A DNA stretch of 38,395 nt, taken from the IMG/VR virus record IMGVR_UViG_3300020577_002834, one strand, 5' to 3'. Source of the DNA: a virus. Under the pieces are notes generated by a model, which worked only from the letters and a program-made list of their open reading frames with translations, was not told the DNA's origin and did no database searches. Of the stretch, positions 6,005-14,670 are shown piece by piece. The translations under genes were made by a program, and so were the position numbers. Position 1 is the stretch's first letter; the number at the start of each line of letters is the position of its first letter.

Positions 6005-7684
6005 TCAAGGAGCTTTCTGCGCGTCTTGATGACGTTGCTGATCGGCTGCCACGCCAAGGATGGTGAGGAAGGCCCTATTCTCAAAGGCATTAAGTTTTTC
6101 GCCGCTAACGAATTTTGTCTTGATTCTCTTAAGAACCAAATCACCGACACCGGACACCTTGCCATATGTTTCCAACAGATAAACGGCAACCTTTGGTGAT
6201 GTAAGAATCGAGCCTATAATGGCACCGATCGGCCCACCTGCGACATAACCACCACCGACGCCAAGAGCACGCTGGTAGGTTCCAACCTTCTGTCCCTGAG
6301 CTGCCCGCACATCCTCCAATGCCTTGATAATCTTGATGTCAGCAGTAATGCCGGGAGACATCGTTTCTAGCCGTTGGAGGATCGGCTCCTTGCCTTTACC
6401 TACGAGGTTTGCGATCTTATTGATTGCCCCATCTTTAAGAGAACCATCCGGGTTAAGATAGTCCTTCCTGAGTTGCTTCAACTCTCTAGCCATCGGCCCG
6501 TATTGTGCGTCCGTTAAGGCTAGACCCTGAATCTGACGCTTACCCTGTGCGTCGTATTCTTTACGCAAGTCTTTAGCGATGCGAGCAGGTACATCGGTTT
6601 TCGTGGCATCCCATTCGGAGAGGTTATCGAGTGCCTTCCGAGCATTCAAAAACGCATTACTCGTTTTAACTTTGTCAGGTCCGTATTGTTCAACGAAGTG
6701 CTGGACTGCTGATATATCACCCGGTGAAAGTGGTACTGATTCAGATGAGGTAACGAGTTTACCGTCTTGTCCGATAGAGATACCGTATTTTGACAACGTA
6801 TCAGTAACGAGGGTGGAGGGAAGAACCACAGGTCTCTTGGCCTCACGGATGACTTGGTAGTTCTTTCCAGTTTCACCAAGATCATCAATCGCCGCGTCAA
6901 GCCCAGCTTTTACTTTTGAAGCTGTAGTGAGTCGCGTATCTCCACCAACATCAGCAGCGGCGAACGCCTTTGGATCATTCGTAATCGTGCGGATCGTATC
7001 AGGAGCGAGACCGGTCGCTTGTGACATGCCATATTCAGCCGTTGTCCCCACTGCCTTTTTTAAGCCCTGTAAGGGCGCAGTGGCAACATTGGCGGTCTTT
7101 TCTACTGCCGCTTTAAATAATGGCTCCTTCCCAAGGGCTTTAGCCCCTCCTTCCGCGGCAAGAACCACAGGTGCTACTTGTCCAAACGGGTCTTCAGTCA
7201 GCGTTTTCTGTGCCCCGATCGTATCGCCCTTAATAAGCTGTTGTGCAGCCTGTGGGACAAGAGTCTTGTAGGCCGCACCCGGAAGTTCCTTGGCAACTGA
7301 TCCAAGAGCAGGCAGAATGCCGCCCTTCTCTTTTGCAAACTCGGCAACACCCGACCCAAACTCGCCGATATTCTTAGCAATCGTAATGGGGTTGAAAGAT
7401 TGAGCAACGCCTTTCGCGAAGTTCAAAGCCGATCCTGGTGTATTTACGAGTGCCTTTGTGCCAGCTGAAAGCATCCCCTCACCTTCTTTTGCTTGAAGTA
7501 AAGGTTTATAGCCGCCATCATTCGCAGTCGGGGCTACAGGTTGGATCTGATTAGGTGCTGACGGCTTAGCCCCCTTAGCCTGTAGTTCCTGTAACGTCAG
7601 GCCCTTTTGTGTCTGAGCAGAAGGTGGTGCAGCTGGTACTGCGCCCATGGATTTTAGTTGTTCGAGCGTGTATCCCTGTGGCAT
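6005..7684 (-). CDS. Large Gly/Ala/Lys-rich virion protein, candidate internal or ejected protein (559 aa)
   Basis: Duplicated N-terminal motif GYTLEQLKSMGAVPAAP / GLTLQELQAKGAKPSAP. C-terminal Gly-rich hydrophobic segment GVGGGYVAGGPIGAIIGSIL. Adjacent to the SLT protein. Confidence 0.5.
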   Translation of the reverse strand: MPQGYTLEQLKSMGAVPAAPPSAQTQKGLTLQELQAKGAKPSAPNQIQPVAPTANDGGYKPLLQAKEGEGMLSAGTKALVNTPGSALNFAKGVAQSFNPITIAKNIGEFGSGVAEFAKEKGGILPALGSVAKELPGAAYKTLVPQAAQQLIKGDTIGAQKTLTEDPFGQVAPVVLAAEGGAKALGKEPLFKAAVEKTANVATAPLQGLKKAVGTTAEYGMSQATGLAPDTIRTITNDPKAFAAADVGGDTRLTTASKVKAGLDAAIDDLGETGKNYQVIREAKRPVVLPSTLVTDTLSKYGISIGQDGKLVTSSESVPLSPGDISAVQHFVEQYGPDKVKTSNAFLNARKALDNLSEWDATKTDVPARIAKDLRKEYDAQGKRQIQGLALTDAQYGPMARELKQLRKDYLNPDGSLKDGAINKIANLVGKGKEPILQRLETMSPGITADIKIIKALEDVRAAQGQKVGTYQRALGVGGGYVAGGPIGAIIGSILTSPKVAVYLLETYGKVSGVGDLVLKRIKTKFVSGEKLNAFENRAFLTILGVAADQQRHQDAQKAP

Positions 7685-7688
7685 ATAT

Positions 7689-9656
7689 TTATCCGTTCAA
7701 CGCTCTTAATACTTTGTCGGCATAGGCTCCGCTGTTATAGGCGACACCCATTGAATTGACACCGCTTTTCCGTATCGGCTGGCCACCGTTCCAAATTAGC
7801 GCAATTTGTTCTGGTGTTTTTCCTTGAGCTAGGAGCGCGGAGATGTGGGCTTCGGCTACCTTGTCTTGGTTACTCGGCGTCATCGGGGCGTTGGGATTAC
7901 CGAGGTACTGCTGCGCCCAACCTTTCCAAGTTGCTGGCATAAACTGGTAGGCTCCGAACTCTCCGCTTGTACCTCTAGCACTATAGTTTCCATTTGATTC
8001 GACCTTCTTGATTGCTGCCGCAATCGTCTTTGCATCTGCGGCGACGGGGCTACCCGTGCCGCTGTTAGCTTTTGGGTAGTAGAGGCCGTCAGAGTGCAGC
8101 TCGTAAACTTGTCCATCGGGGGATGAGTATGTTTGGTTCGACGGGTTTGAACCATTATTCCCAGGTACTCCCGCCAGCATGGTACTAATAGCCGTTTGTC
8201 TGTTTTCAGCTTTCTGGGCGAGCGTTCCTTCGTCATCACCGGGACGTGGGAAGTATTGCTTTTCACCGTCCTTAAACTCGGTCGGACTAATAACTGCTCC
8301 CGATTCACGGCGCAAAATTGCAGTCAAAAAGTTGCGTTCGGCCTGACGTACCTGACGAACGTTGTCGCTTACAAAGGCATTACCAATCGCGTTAGGTTCT
8401 GCCGCTGATTGTGCAGCATACGAAAGCGGGTTCATTCCTACGACGGAGTTCGCAAGTTTTTCTATATAGGTATTGGCCTCACTGGCGCGAGTACCGTAAG
8501 CCTGCTCCTTGGCTTGGACATCGGTGAGTGCTTTCGTGGGGGTCTGACCCATCACATCTGCGAAAGTTGTTCCAGCAGGCTTGTTGTAACTCAGAAGTTC
8601 ATCCCGTGTAAGCAATCGGTTGGAGTCCTGCGACCCACCCGCCGCAACGCGTTTTCTATTAGCGTCTTCGTTCTGATAATCCACATAAGAACCCTTATAG
8701 CCATTCTGAACGGCGTATTGGTATTCCTGAATAGATGCCGTTGGCTGCGCGTTCGAACCACCTTTGTAAACAACTTCATACGTCGTAGGATCAACCAAAG
8801 CCCCACCGACTTCAATCGGTTTCGCATTTTTGATGTCCTCGGTCTGATACCCCAGTTCAGTCTTCGCACGATCTTGCTGTGCGAGTCTCTGAGCTTGCAA
8901 CAACGCCACCTTATCTTGCAAAGGCATTGTCTGAGCTTCGGTAGCGGATTTAATTGCGGAGAGTTGGTCAGCAAGTTGTCCCGACGCCTGCATCTGTCTA
9001 CCTGTGAGGAAGGGTTGGAGTGTCGCCTGGTCTTGAATTGCCTTGATGCGATCAGCGTATTCTTTCTTTTGAGTAGCTACTTCCGCGGCACTCTGGCCTG
9101 AGATTGAATTGAGCTGTTCAGATGCTGCTTTTTCTTCGGGGGACAATTCAAATGTACTTGCATAGCTCTTTCGGAGAGTGTCGAGCTGAGCCTTAGCCGG
9201 ATCAACGGGAGTTGAGGTCGGATATGCTGGGGTACTGTTGGCGGCAGTCTCGGGGATGGTTTGATAGCTGCTCGCTTGGTAATCAGGTACGTTCTGTCCC
9301 TGATCGGGGGCTGCCGCAACTGCCTGCTGTTGTGCGGCCGGGGGTGGTGTTTTCGGTGCGATCGGCTTACCCACGTCCATCACCGCCGGATTAACGGGAG
9401 CGGCGGCTCTTGTTGCTTGGTTTTGTGCTCGGAGAGTTTCAAGCGAAGCTGGCGGTTTGGGCGCAGGAATACTCTGTGTCGGTGCGACGGGGCGACCCAA
9501 GCCAGAGGAAAGGGAGGGCGCGGGCGTCGTCTTGGGTGCGCTAGAAAACACGGAGCCAAGTTTACCGAGCAAACCGCCCATATTAGGGGCTGGTGTTTTA
9601 GGTTTTACAGCGACCGACATTTGGGGTTTCGGTGCTACGCTCATGTTTATTGCCAT
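7689..9656 (-). CDS. Internal virion protein with a C-terminal SLT-type lytic transglycosylase domain (655 aa)
   Basis: C-terminus KKVESNGNYSARGTSGEFGAYQFMPATW...GVAYNSG matches the ES..GxxQ..AYNxG SLT signature. The N-terminus is Pro/Ala-rich and low complexity. Confidence 0.75.
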   Translation of the reverse strand: MAINMSVAPKPQMSVAVKPKTPAPNMGGLLGKLGSVFSSAPKTTPAPSLSSGLGRPVAPTQSIPAPKPPASLETLRAQNQATRAAAPVNPAVMDVGKPIAPKTPPPAAQQQAVAAAPDQGQNVPDYQASSYQTIPETAANSTPAYPTSTPVDPAKAQLDTLRKSYASTFELSPEEKAASEQLNSISGQSAAEVATQKKEYADRIKAIQDQATLQPFLTGRQMQASGQLADQLSAIKSATEAQTMPLQDKVALLQAQRLAQQDRAKTELGYQTEDIKNAKPIEVGGALVDPTTYEVVYKGGSNAQPTASIQEYQYAVQNGYKGSYVDYQNEDANRKRVAAGGSQDSNRLLTRDELLSYNKPAGTTFADVMGQTPTKALTDVQAKEQAYGTRASEANTYIEKLANSVVGMNPLSYAAQSAAEPNAIGNAFVSDNVRQVRQAERNFLTAILRRESGAVISPTEFKDGEKQYFPRPGDDEGTLAQKAENRQTAISTMLAGVPGNNGSNPSNQTYSSPDGQVYELHSDGLYYPKANSGTGSPVAADAKTIAAAIKKVESNGNYSARGTSGEFGAYQFMPATWKGWAQQYLGNPNAPMTPSNQDKVAEAHISALLAQGKTPEQIALIWNGGQPIRKSGVNSMGVAYNSGAYADKVLRALNG

Positions 9657-9657
9657 A

Positions 9658-10095
9658 TCAGTTTGCTCGTAAGACTACGCTTATTGTTACTCCTTTTAAT
9701 GCGGCTAAAGTTCCTGTCGTGACCATTGAGAGGGCGTCACCAGCGACCAGTGATCTGACTCCTGCTGTGGTACTGAGTGAACCCGCTAGATTCGTGTTAG
9801 CTGTTCCGTTCAGTAGTATCCCCGTCGAGAGCATATCCGTACCACTCGCTGGGGCTGTTCCGCTCGGCACCTTCTTGAGCATTACCGTGTCTCCGTTTGT
9901 GGCTGCTGTTTCGTGCCTCTCCGTGATTGAGATTAGGTAGTATGGGCGATCAGCTATGAAGAACGGTGCCGTCCAGTTCACCGCCGTCTGAGCCGTCGTA
10001 TCGTAGAGGCGAAAGATGACTGGTTTCGTCACTCCGAAGAAACCAGCGTCTTTCACGATTCTCAGCTCACCAGTGTTAAACAGCTGTGCATCCAT
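9658..10095 (-). CDS. Small beta-rich structural protein (145 aa), paralog of 19952..20506
   Basis: The C-terminal ~90 aa align by eye with the C-terminus of the 184-aa ORF (GTD(M/L)L...GD.LS...GVTI.V.L). Confidence 0.6.
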   Translation of the reverse strand: MDAQLFNTGELRIVKDAGFFGVTKPVIFRLYDTTAQTAVNWTAPFFIADRPYYLISITERHETAATNGDTVMLKKVPSGTAPASGTDMLSTGILLNGTANTNLAGSLSTTAGVRSLVAGDALSMVTTGTLAALKGVTISVVLRAN

Positions 10096-10096
10096 A

Positions 10097-11716
10097 TCAA
10101 ACCGTCTTTATGACGTTGAACTCGTCCCAGATAATCTCAATCTCTCTAATTCCGATCGAGGTGGTGTTTGCCCAGGCAAAATTCAGGATGATGTTTTCTT
10201 GAGCAACTACGCTTAACTCCGGTCGCTTATACACAATCGTCGTCTTACCTGAATAGTTTGTGTTATTTATGACCCCGAGAGTTGAGATCGTCTGGCTTGC
10301 ATCGTCAACGTACACAACTGGTGTAATCGAAGACGTTGCATCCACAGCACGATCAAGCAAAACTCGGATAGCAATAAGCGATGCTGGCTTCTCAAATGGA
10401 AGAAACAGCTTGAATTGCGATCTGATGTTTTGACCGCCTGCCTGTCCATATTTATCCAATCCGACCCCGCTACCGTCTTTCCATCCAACAATCACTCTTG
10501 GCCTGCTGTTGTCGGCTTGCTGTGCAACTTTTATAGATGAAACGATCGGTAAAGTTCCGGTGTTCGAGGTAACAACGGGACAGTTCAGCACATTCGGTAG
10601 GCTGGAGTTTTTTGATCGGAACGAGTACACCACGCCGTAACCATCCGAAGAACCGAGGTACGTCGAAAAGCTGCCAAAAAACATTTTATCTTCGTATGCG
10701 TCTATTGCTCCTTGTAGCGGGGCAAAACCACTCTCGAAGAAAGCGACTTGCGGCAACGAGTCAGCTCCGTCGTATTGAGAGATACGGAAACCCGCGCTGG
10801 CGTTGCCTGAGAAAACGTAGAGGTTGCCGTTATTGCTGAATACTCCCGAAACAATGGGATCAGGGATTTGAATCTGTTTGTACGGAATCGAGGCGAACGT
10901 ATCCCAGAGAAAGAGGGCTGCGCGACCTTGGTTGATAGATTGATCGCCAGTGGCACTGTAGACAGCAACTACCGCTAGATCCGTCCCATACGACTCGATA
11001 GCAATCGGGTTATACCCGAACGGAAGTTCAAGAACATCGTAAGCTGATCCGTTGTTACTGATACCCTCCGTGGTACCATCGCTTTTCGTGCTAATCCTAT
11101 GAACCACACCCTTACCGCGTACTCCGGTCGTAGCATAAGCACTGTCAATGACATCGCAAATGTATAAAAATCCATCTGTATGGACTTTCATGGCATGATT
11201 GGGAAAAGTCACGTTGCGAACAGAAGGAGTCGTCCAGTTATTCAGTGCAGTAAACCCGAGGGTAGTTCCCCAGAAATTCGTCGCACTTAAAGTAGGAGAG
11301 TTATTGACCGGCCCAAAACGAAATATCCCTGTATTTGAAGCAAGGTAAATGTAGTTGTTATAGTAGGCCATTCCGTTACCAGAACTGCTCGAAACTGTAC
11401 CGATACTCGTCGATGCAGCAGATGTAAAGGCACTAGAATAGCTGACAAATTTTCCATCAGCACAGTAGGCGTAAGTCAAGGCGTTTTTCGGTGTGGTCGT
11501 AATCCACATCGGTGCGCCTGAAATTTCTGTTGAAGAAAACTGACCGTAAAGTACCGGAGAGATAATACCGCCCGTACGAGATGAAATGTTGGTATTTCCC
11601 GGAGCGTCGGGATCAATTCCAACAGCTTGATCGTAGGTATTTTTTAGCTGATCCCCAAACTGGAGGGCCTGCATCCCTCCGATGATCGAGTCCAGTTTGT
11701 AAGATTTCCTCGGCAT
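10097..11716 (-). CDS. Large beta-rich virion or tail protein (539 aa)
   Basis: Track ORF trimmed to ATG 11716 (junction TAGtATG with the upstream gene). Function inferred from position only. Confidence 0.55.
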   Translation of the reverse strand: MPRKSYKLDSIIGGMQALQFGDQLKNTYDQAVGIDPDAPGNTNISSRTGGIISPVLYGQFSSTEISGAPMWITTTPKNALTYAYCADGKFVSYSSAFTSAASTSIGTVSSSSGNGMAYYNNYIYLASNTGIFRFGPVNNSPTLSATNFWGTTLGFTALNNWTTPSVRNVTFPNHAMKVHTDGFLYICDVIDSAYATTGVRGKGVVHRISTKSDGTTEGISNNGSAYDVLELPFGYNPIAIESYGTDLAVVAVYSATGDQSINQGRAALFLWDTFASIPYKQIQIPDPIVSGVFSNNGNLYVFSGNASAGFRISQYDGADSLPQVAFFESGFAPLQGAIDAYEDKMFFGSFSTYLGSSDGYGVVYSFRSKNSSLPNVLNCPVVTSNTGTLPIVSSIKVAQQADNSRPRVIVGWKDGSGVGLDKYGQAGGQNIRSQFKLFLPFEKPASLIAIRVLLDRAVDATSSITPVVYVDDASQTISTLGVINNTNYSGKTTIVYKRPELSVVAQENIILNFAWANTTSIGIREIEIIWDEFNVIKTV

Positions 11717-11717
11717 A

Positions 11718-12617
11718 CTAGACTCGGTAAAAGTTGTTCGGATTTTCTGGGTATCCGCTTGAAGAAATCGGCAGGACAATTCGGGTGTTCACCGACTTTT
11801 TACTGTCCGAAACAAGTCCCGCGTACTTTTCTTCGTAGATACGCTTGAACATCTGCGCGCGATCCGGCTCAGGTTCAATCGTTGAGTAGTACATTTCTAC
11901 CGCCTTATAGACGGGCAGATCGTGGAACGCTTCTACAATGGCCGGCATTTGTCCGATCGTGTACGCAGCACCCGTGACGTTAGAACCTCCATAGGCGCGA
12001 TCAACCGTGAGTGATGTCGTAGAGGCAACGGCTGTGATTTTGTACCAAAACCCGTCGCCGTTCGTTGCCGCGGTTGATGTCGGAGTTACCTGTAAGTACT
12101 TTCCGATCATCGAGGCGTTCCACGAAGTACCAGAACCAGTTACGGTCGTAGTTCCTGCGGTCGCCACCGTTCCCGTCGTATAATCAGCGATTGAGAGATC
12201 GACGACATTTTTCCGATAGTTGTAAGTGATGGTCAGGCTCGACGATGACGGGATCGGCCAGAAAAGCATCTGGTTGTTGTAGATGTGGAAAAAGACGGGG
12301 TTGTTTGACGTGTACGTTGTCTGTTCGTTCAACCTGTCCCAGTCTGTATGACTCACGATTTCAGTCGGGACGTACTTTGTAGAGCTGACCGTCAGATACA
12401 CGTCGATCAGCTTGTCGTAGTCGTAGGGGAGGGAATATGCCTGCTGCGAAGCTACGGTCGTTGCTGTGTTCGTTCCTTCAAGCCAATACCAAGGACGTAC
12501 CGCGCAAATCTGACGGTAAGATTGATTACAGAAAATCATCCCGAGATCGAGGTTGGTCGTGGACGAGTTATTCGTAAGGCTGCCGTACAAAGATTTCAAA
12601 GCTGTAAAACTTAGCAT
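11718..12617 (-). CDS. Virion or tail structural protein (299 aa)
   Basis: Long ORF within the structural block. No motif recognised. Confidence 0.55.
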   Translation of the reverse strand: MLSFTALKSLYGSLTNNSSTTNLDLGMIFCNQSYRQICAVRPWYWLEGTNTATTVASQQAYSLPYDYDKLIDVYLTVSSTKYVPTEIVSHTDWDRLNEQTTYTSNNPVFFHIYNNQMLFWPIPSSSSLTITYNYRKNVVDLSIADYTTGTVATAGTTTVTGSGTSWNASMIGKYLQVTPTSTAATNGDGFWYKITAVASTTSLTVDRAYGGSNVTGAAYTIGQMPAIVEAFHDLPVYKAVEMYYSTIEPEPDRAQMFKRIYEEKYAGLVSDSKKSVNTRIVLPISSSGYPENPNNFYRV

Positions 12618-13075
12618 TGGGATTTCGTTTTAACCTTTCGGTAGGCCATGTCGTAGGCCTTGTGACATTTCACGCAGAGTTGCATCCAGTCATTTAGATC
12701 GCGGCGGTAGAGATGGCTCCGGTTTGCCCACTGAAAGTACCTTTTCATTCCTTCGGGTATCCGATCTAGGCCGCAGTGCGTGCACCTCTTTGCACTCCCG
12801 AGGTTCTTTCTAACCCATTGGTGTAGGCCACCGTACTCAACATTTTCTGCCTTATATGACCAATGCTTTTCTCCACTAGGCATCCAAGGGTGCTTTTCAC
12901 CCTTCCTCCACCCCATAAGCCCCTTGTTCCAAGAAGACGTGCCTATGCGTGATGCGTTCCCACATTTCTGTGAGCAGAAGCGTGTCCCATTTCTTTTCCA
13001 GATATGGAAGTAAACCTCAAACTCCTTCGAACAGAGTTTGCAAGTTAATTTTTTGTTGGGATGCTTCTTGGACAT
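12611..13075 (-). CDS. Free-standing HNH-type endonuclease (154 aa)
   Basis: CKLC...CSQKC zinc motif, then GLHQWV...CTHCG...WANRSH...LCVKCHKAYD (H-N-H spacing). Overlaps the downstream gene by 7 nt. Confidence 0.7.
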   Translation of the reverse strand: MSKKHPNKKLTCKLCSKEFEVYFHIWKRNGTRFCSQKCGNASRIGTSSWNKGLMGWRKGEKHPWMPSGEKHWSYKAENVEYGGLHQWVRKNLGSAKRCTHCGLDRIPEGMKRYFQWANRSHLYRRDLNDWMQLCVKCHKAYDMAYRKVKTKSQC

Positions 13076-13076
13076 A

Positions 13077-13268
13077 TCAGTCTTCGAGAATCTTCTTGGC
13101 GGCCATTGCTACATTTCGATCTTCTTCTTTCATTTCAATTCGAATGGGTACGATGATGTTGTGCGGCAGGATTGGTGTGTGTCCGAGTGCCTTTTGTGCC
13201 TCCATGAGTATTTGGTAGGCGTCCTGAACTTCACCGATCGTTACATCCCGTATGGTTCTCGGTTTCAT
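13077..13268 (-). CDS. Hypothetical small protein (63 aa)
   Basis: Track ORF trimmed to the ATG that overlaps the endolysin stop (ATGA). Confidence 0.5.
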   Translation of the reverse strand: MKPRTIRDVTIGEVQDAYQILMEAQKALGHTPILPHNIIVPIRIEMKEEDRNVAMAAKKILED

Positions 13269-13933
13269 AGGAGGTCGTTCAGGATTTCTTTCGCGTACAC
13301 CTTTACGTTCTTCCCCTGAGCTACCTGAGAGGCTTTCCACGCAGCGAGGCCGCGCTTCTTATCGCTATCAGAGGCACCGTCGGGAACATCTACAGCAGGG
13401 CCGACGAGAGCGAGGTAGCCGTAGATTTTCTTGAGAGGGTCGCCGTATCTGACGGAGAACCACTGATCGAGGCCGCCGTCGGGATTGCTGATGAGGAAGT
13501 CGCCGTTGCGGTAATCCTTGAAACACACCCAGTGGTCAGGTTCGCCGTCCTGCTTGACGTTATCGACCCACACAAGGACAGGCTGACCAGCCATGAGGAG
13601 GCTCTTGATCTTGTTTACGGCGGCGTCGGGTTGGAGGCGTCCACTCGGTACGTTCGTCGTGTTCACTCGTTCATAGTTCAGAACACTCGGGAACATCTTT
13701 GGGATTGTGTTGTTGTCGAAGTACCCCTGACCGTCGAAACCTTTAAGAGATTTGATCTTGGCAGCGAGGTCGCCGGGATTGATGTCGATCCCGTAGTTCA
13801 GGAGAGCGTCTGCGAGGCTGGTGAACATACAACCCCACTGCCTAATCGTCATCGGAGTACCGTCGGGCATCGTGGCAAAGACGATCGAAGCCCAGCGAGG
13901 ATCGGCCTGATTGTAATTAGCGACGCGCATCAT
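13265..13933 (-). CDS. Endolysin candidate, papain-like (C39-like) cysteine peptidase (222 aa)
   Basis: NYNQADPRW...IRQWGCMFTSLADAL (Cys nucleophile), DHWVCF (His) and ISNPDGG, directly downstream of small membrane proteins. Confidence 0.6.
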   Translation of the reverse strand: MMRVANYNQADPRWASIVFATMPDGTPMTIRQWGCMFTSLADALLNYGIDINPGDLAAKIKSLKGFDGQGYFDNNTIPKMFPSVLNYERVNTTNVPSGRLQPDAAVNKIKSLLMAGQPVLVWVDNVKQDGEPDHWVCFKDYRNGDFLISNPDGGLDQWFSVRYGDPLKKIYGYLALVGPAVDVPDGASDSDKKRGLAAWKASQVAQGKNVKVYAKEILNDLL

Positions 13934-14049
13934 AGGGGTTTGGTTGCTTCGTGAATGTTCAAGTTCACAATGACTGAAAAGAGAATGACGGCGAGAGCGA
14001 GGATATAGGGCAACGCTCTTTTAATCTTGTCTCTTGTCAGTGGGCGCAT
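13930..14049 (-). CDS. Small membrane protein (39 aa), lysis-cassette component
   Basis: MRPLTRDKIKRALPYILALAVILFSVIV... The start sits in a TGAatATG junction and the stop overlaps the endolysin ATG. Confidence 0.5.
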   Translation of the reverse strand: MRPLTRDKIKRALPYILALAVILFSVIVNLNIHEATKPL

Positions 14050-14051
14050 AT

Positions 14052-14270
14052 TCACTTGGTCAAGAATGAAATCGAAGCGTGAGTAATTTTCGCTGCGCCT
14101 ATTCCAACGGTTGCGGAGGCACCCAATAGCCACCAACGCCAGTTTTCAAGGATACGGATACGAGTTTCTTGGCCTTTTACAAGGTCTTTTAGCTCTACAA
14201 GGTGAGAGTTCATGTCTTTCATCTCTTGGAGCATTTGACCGTCAAGTTTTCCGCGTTCGTAGTGTTCCAT
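14052..14270 (-). CDS. Coiled-coil protein with a C-terminal TM segment (72 aa), lysis-cassette component
   Basis: Trimmed to ATG 14270 (RBS gaggaa). TM segment WRWWLLGASATVGIGAA. Confidence 0.5.
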   Translation of the reverse strand: MEHYERGKLDGQMLQEMKDMNSHLVELKDLVKGQETRIRILENWRWWLLGASATVGIGAAKITHASISFLTK

Positions 14271-14271
14271 A

Positions 14272-14364
14272 TCATTCCTCTGGCTCGACTTCGCACTTGC
14301 CGCAATAACCAAGTTGATTAAGTTTCTTGCTACAGATCGGGCAGCGTCCTCCTCCTTTGGACAT
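14272..14364 (-). CDS. Zinc-ribbon mini-protein (30 aa); absent from the ORF track
   Basis: Hand translation gives MSKGGGRCPICSKKLNQLGYCGKCEVEPEE. It exactly fills the gap between two genes. No SD. Confidence 0.35.
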   Translation of the reverse strand: MSKGGGRCPICSKKLNQLGYCGKCEVEPEE

Positions 14365-14369
14365 ACGAG

Positions 14370-14666
14370 TTACTTACTGGTTTTATCGAGCACGTTGCGA
14401 AGTCGGTGCATACCTTCGGCAGACCCCCACGTCACGGCCAGACCAGCGGCTTGAACGAGCCAACCCTGTACGTCCTTCGGATCAAGGTTGCCGCTCAAGG
14501 CGGTCATGAGGACGGTAGAGAGCACCGAGAGGCCAGCGGCCAACGAACGGACGCGCGATTTCTGACCTTCGTTAATCGGGATGACCTTGATGTACTTAAC
14601 AATTTCCGTACTGATGAAGACTCCGACCGAACCGAGCAAGAGATTTCGGACTGCGAGAATATCCAT
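14370..14666 (-). CDS. Holin-like membrane protein (98 aa, ~3 hydrophobic segments)
   Basis: Trimmed to ATG 14666, 4 nt after the upstream stop. Segments LLLGSVGVFIS, LAAGLSVLSTVLMTAL and WLVQAAGLAVTW. Confidence 0.5.
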   Translation of the reverse strand: MDILAVRNLLLGSVGVFISTEIVKYIKVIPINEGQKSRVRSLAAGLSVLSTVLMTALSGNLDPKDVQGWLVQAAGLAVTWGSAEGMHRLRNVLDKTSK

Positions 14667-14670
14667 ATGT

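Noticed and set aside
5911-6189. A 92-aa minus-strand ORF overlapping the 3' end of the 559-aa gene.
   Set aside because: It overlaps a much longer coherent ORF out of frame, has no RBS and is Cys/Trp/Arg-rich. The gap it partly covers is better explained by the SD-preceded 42-aa ORF 5737..5865.
8409-9101. Long antisense ORFs in the track, for example 8409..9101 (+), 17112..17603 (+), 29530..30105 (-), 37768..38307 (-) and 933..1391 (-).
   Set aside because: Each lies entirely opposite or out of frame within a longer ORF that has recognisable motifs or coherent gene packing. Their products are Arg/Ser/Cys-rich and low complexity, so they are shadow ORFs.
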